38,477 nucleotides of DNA from Micavibrio sp. UBA1664 (GTDB lineage Bacteria > Pseudomonadota > Alphaproteobacteria > Micavibrionales > UBA1664), in NCBI GenBank assembly GCA_002320485.1, contig DCKW01000032.1, forward strand, positions 1-38,477, given 5' to 3'. This document shows positions 37,971 through 38,477 of this stretch, one piece after another. Positions within the stretch are counted from its first letter, which is position 1. The number at the start of each line of letters is the position of its first letter. Under the pieces are notes generated by a model that had not been told where the DNA came from, made no database searches, and saw only the letters and a program-made list of their open reading frames with translations. A program made the translations under genes and the position numbers.

Positions 37971-38477
37971 TTAAGTGGAAGGGGTTTCGTCACACGGAAT
38001 AATCACAACACCGTCTGCATCGATAAGCCCTGCACCTTGGCTCATCATATTGTTGACGAAATGCGCCGCGCGATCACCATGCCATGTAATATCCGTTTCC
38101 ACCTCCGCGCCGATGGCATGGCCAATCGCGGTTTTATGAAACCAGAAGCAGGAGCGAACATCATTCACATCAATCGGTAAACCTGAATGCACCATGAAGG
38201 TAGTGCCAAGAAATTTCTTCGCTTGTGATCCTTGCCACGGCAAATCTTCGTTGCCTACATAGTCGGCGGAGGAAAATTCCTCAATCTGCAATAATTCCGA
38301 CCATTGCTTGACGCCGACAACACAAAACCGTTGTCCGTCATCGGGAATCTCTGCCGTTCCCAAAGTTTCATACGCTTCAAGCAGCTTGGATTTGGTCATG
38401 CCTGTCGTATCATCCGCAACCGCGGCGGACGCATTTGCCAGCGCATTAATGATCATTTCATCGGTTTTGCGCCCCAA
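37971..38477 (-). CDS. Major capsid protein, C-terminal part (5' end outside window)
   Basis: GRKTDEMII.AL, IPDDGQRFCVVG, EFSSADY, FLG..F..HSGLP, HKTAIGHA, position upstream of tail tubular genes. Confidence 0.82.
   Translation of the reverse strand: MGRKTDEMIINALANASAAVADDTTGMTKSKLLEAYETLGTAEIPDDGQRFCVVGVKQWSELLQIEEFSSADYVGNEDLPWQGSQAKKFLGTTFMVHSGLPIDVNDVRSCFWFHKTAIGHAIGAEVETDITWHGDRAAHFVNNMMSQGAGLIDADGVVIIPCDETPST

Larger units (their letters stand above)
28461..38477 (-). mobile_element. T7/podovirus-type virion morphogenesis and lysis module (prophage remnant or GTA-like element); continues past the window end
   Basis: Co-oriented capsid, tail tubular A/B, internal protein, tailspike, terminase, endolysin and holin in podovirus order. 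Confidence 0.9.

Noticed and set aside
1-38477. tRNA, rRNA, tmRNA, CRISPR arrays, IS elements
   Set aside because: None seen by eye; intergenic gaps are short and no repeat-spacer pattern or transposase motif is present

Overview
Alphaproteobacterial chromosome segment. Gene content suggests a Rhodospirillales/Micavibrio-like lineage, but that is an inference. Positions 1-28.5 kb are mostly housekeeping genes: galU, aminopeptidase P, smpB, a soluble lytic transglycosylase, a NarL-type regulator, CCA-adding enzyme, hemF, trmL, petA plus a fused cytochrome b/c1 gene, lepA, osmC, acnA, yggT, folD, icd, nhaA and a DMT transporter, with some unrecognised hypotheticals. From 28.46 kb to the window end, the minus strand carries a compact T7/podovirus-type virion module: capsid, small capsid-associated gene, tail tubular A and B, one internal protein, tailspike, putative TerS, TerL, endolysin and holin. 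It abuts host genes with no integrase, att site or replication genes at the visible border, making it a candidate domesticated GTA-like element or a degenerate prophage. Inside it are an in-frame TAA splitting TerL, a complete moron with promoter, RBS and terminator, and an uncalled doubly frameshifted peptidoglycan-binding/Zn-ribbon pseudogene. The cytochrome b has an extra roughly 70-aa two-helix insertion and a non-canonical Qo site.
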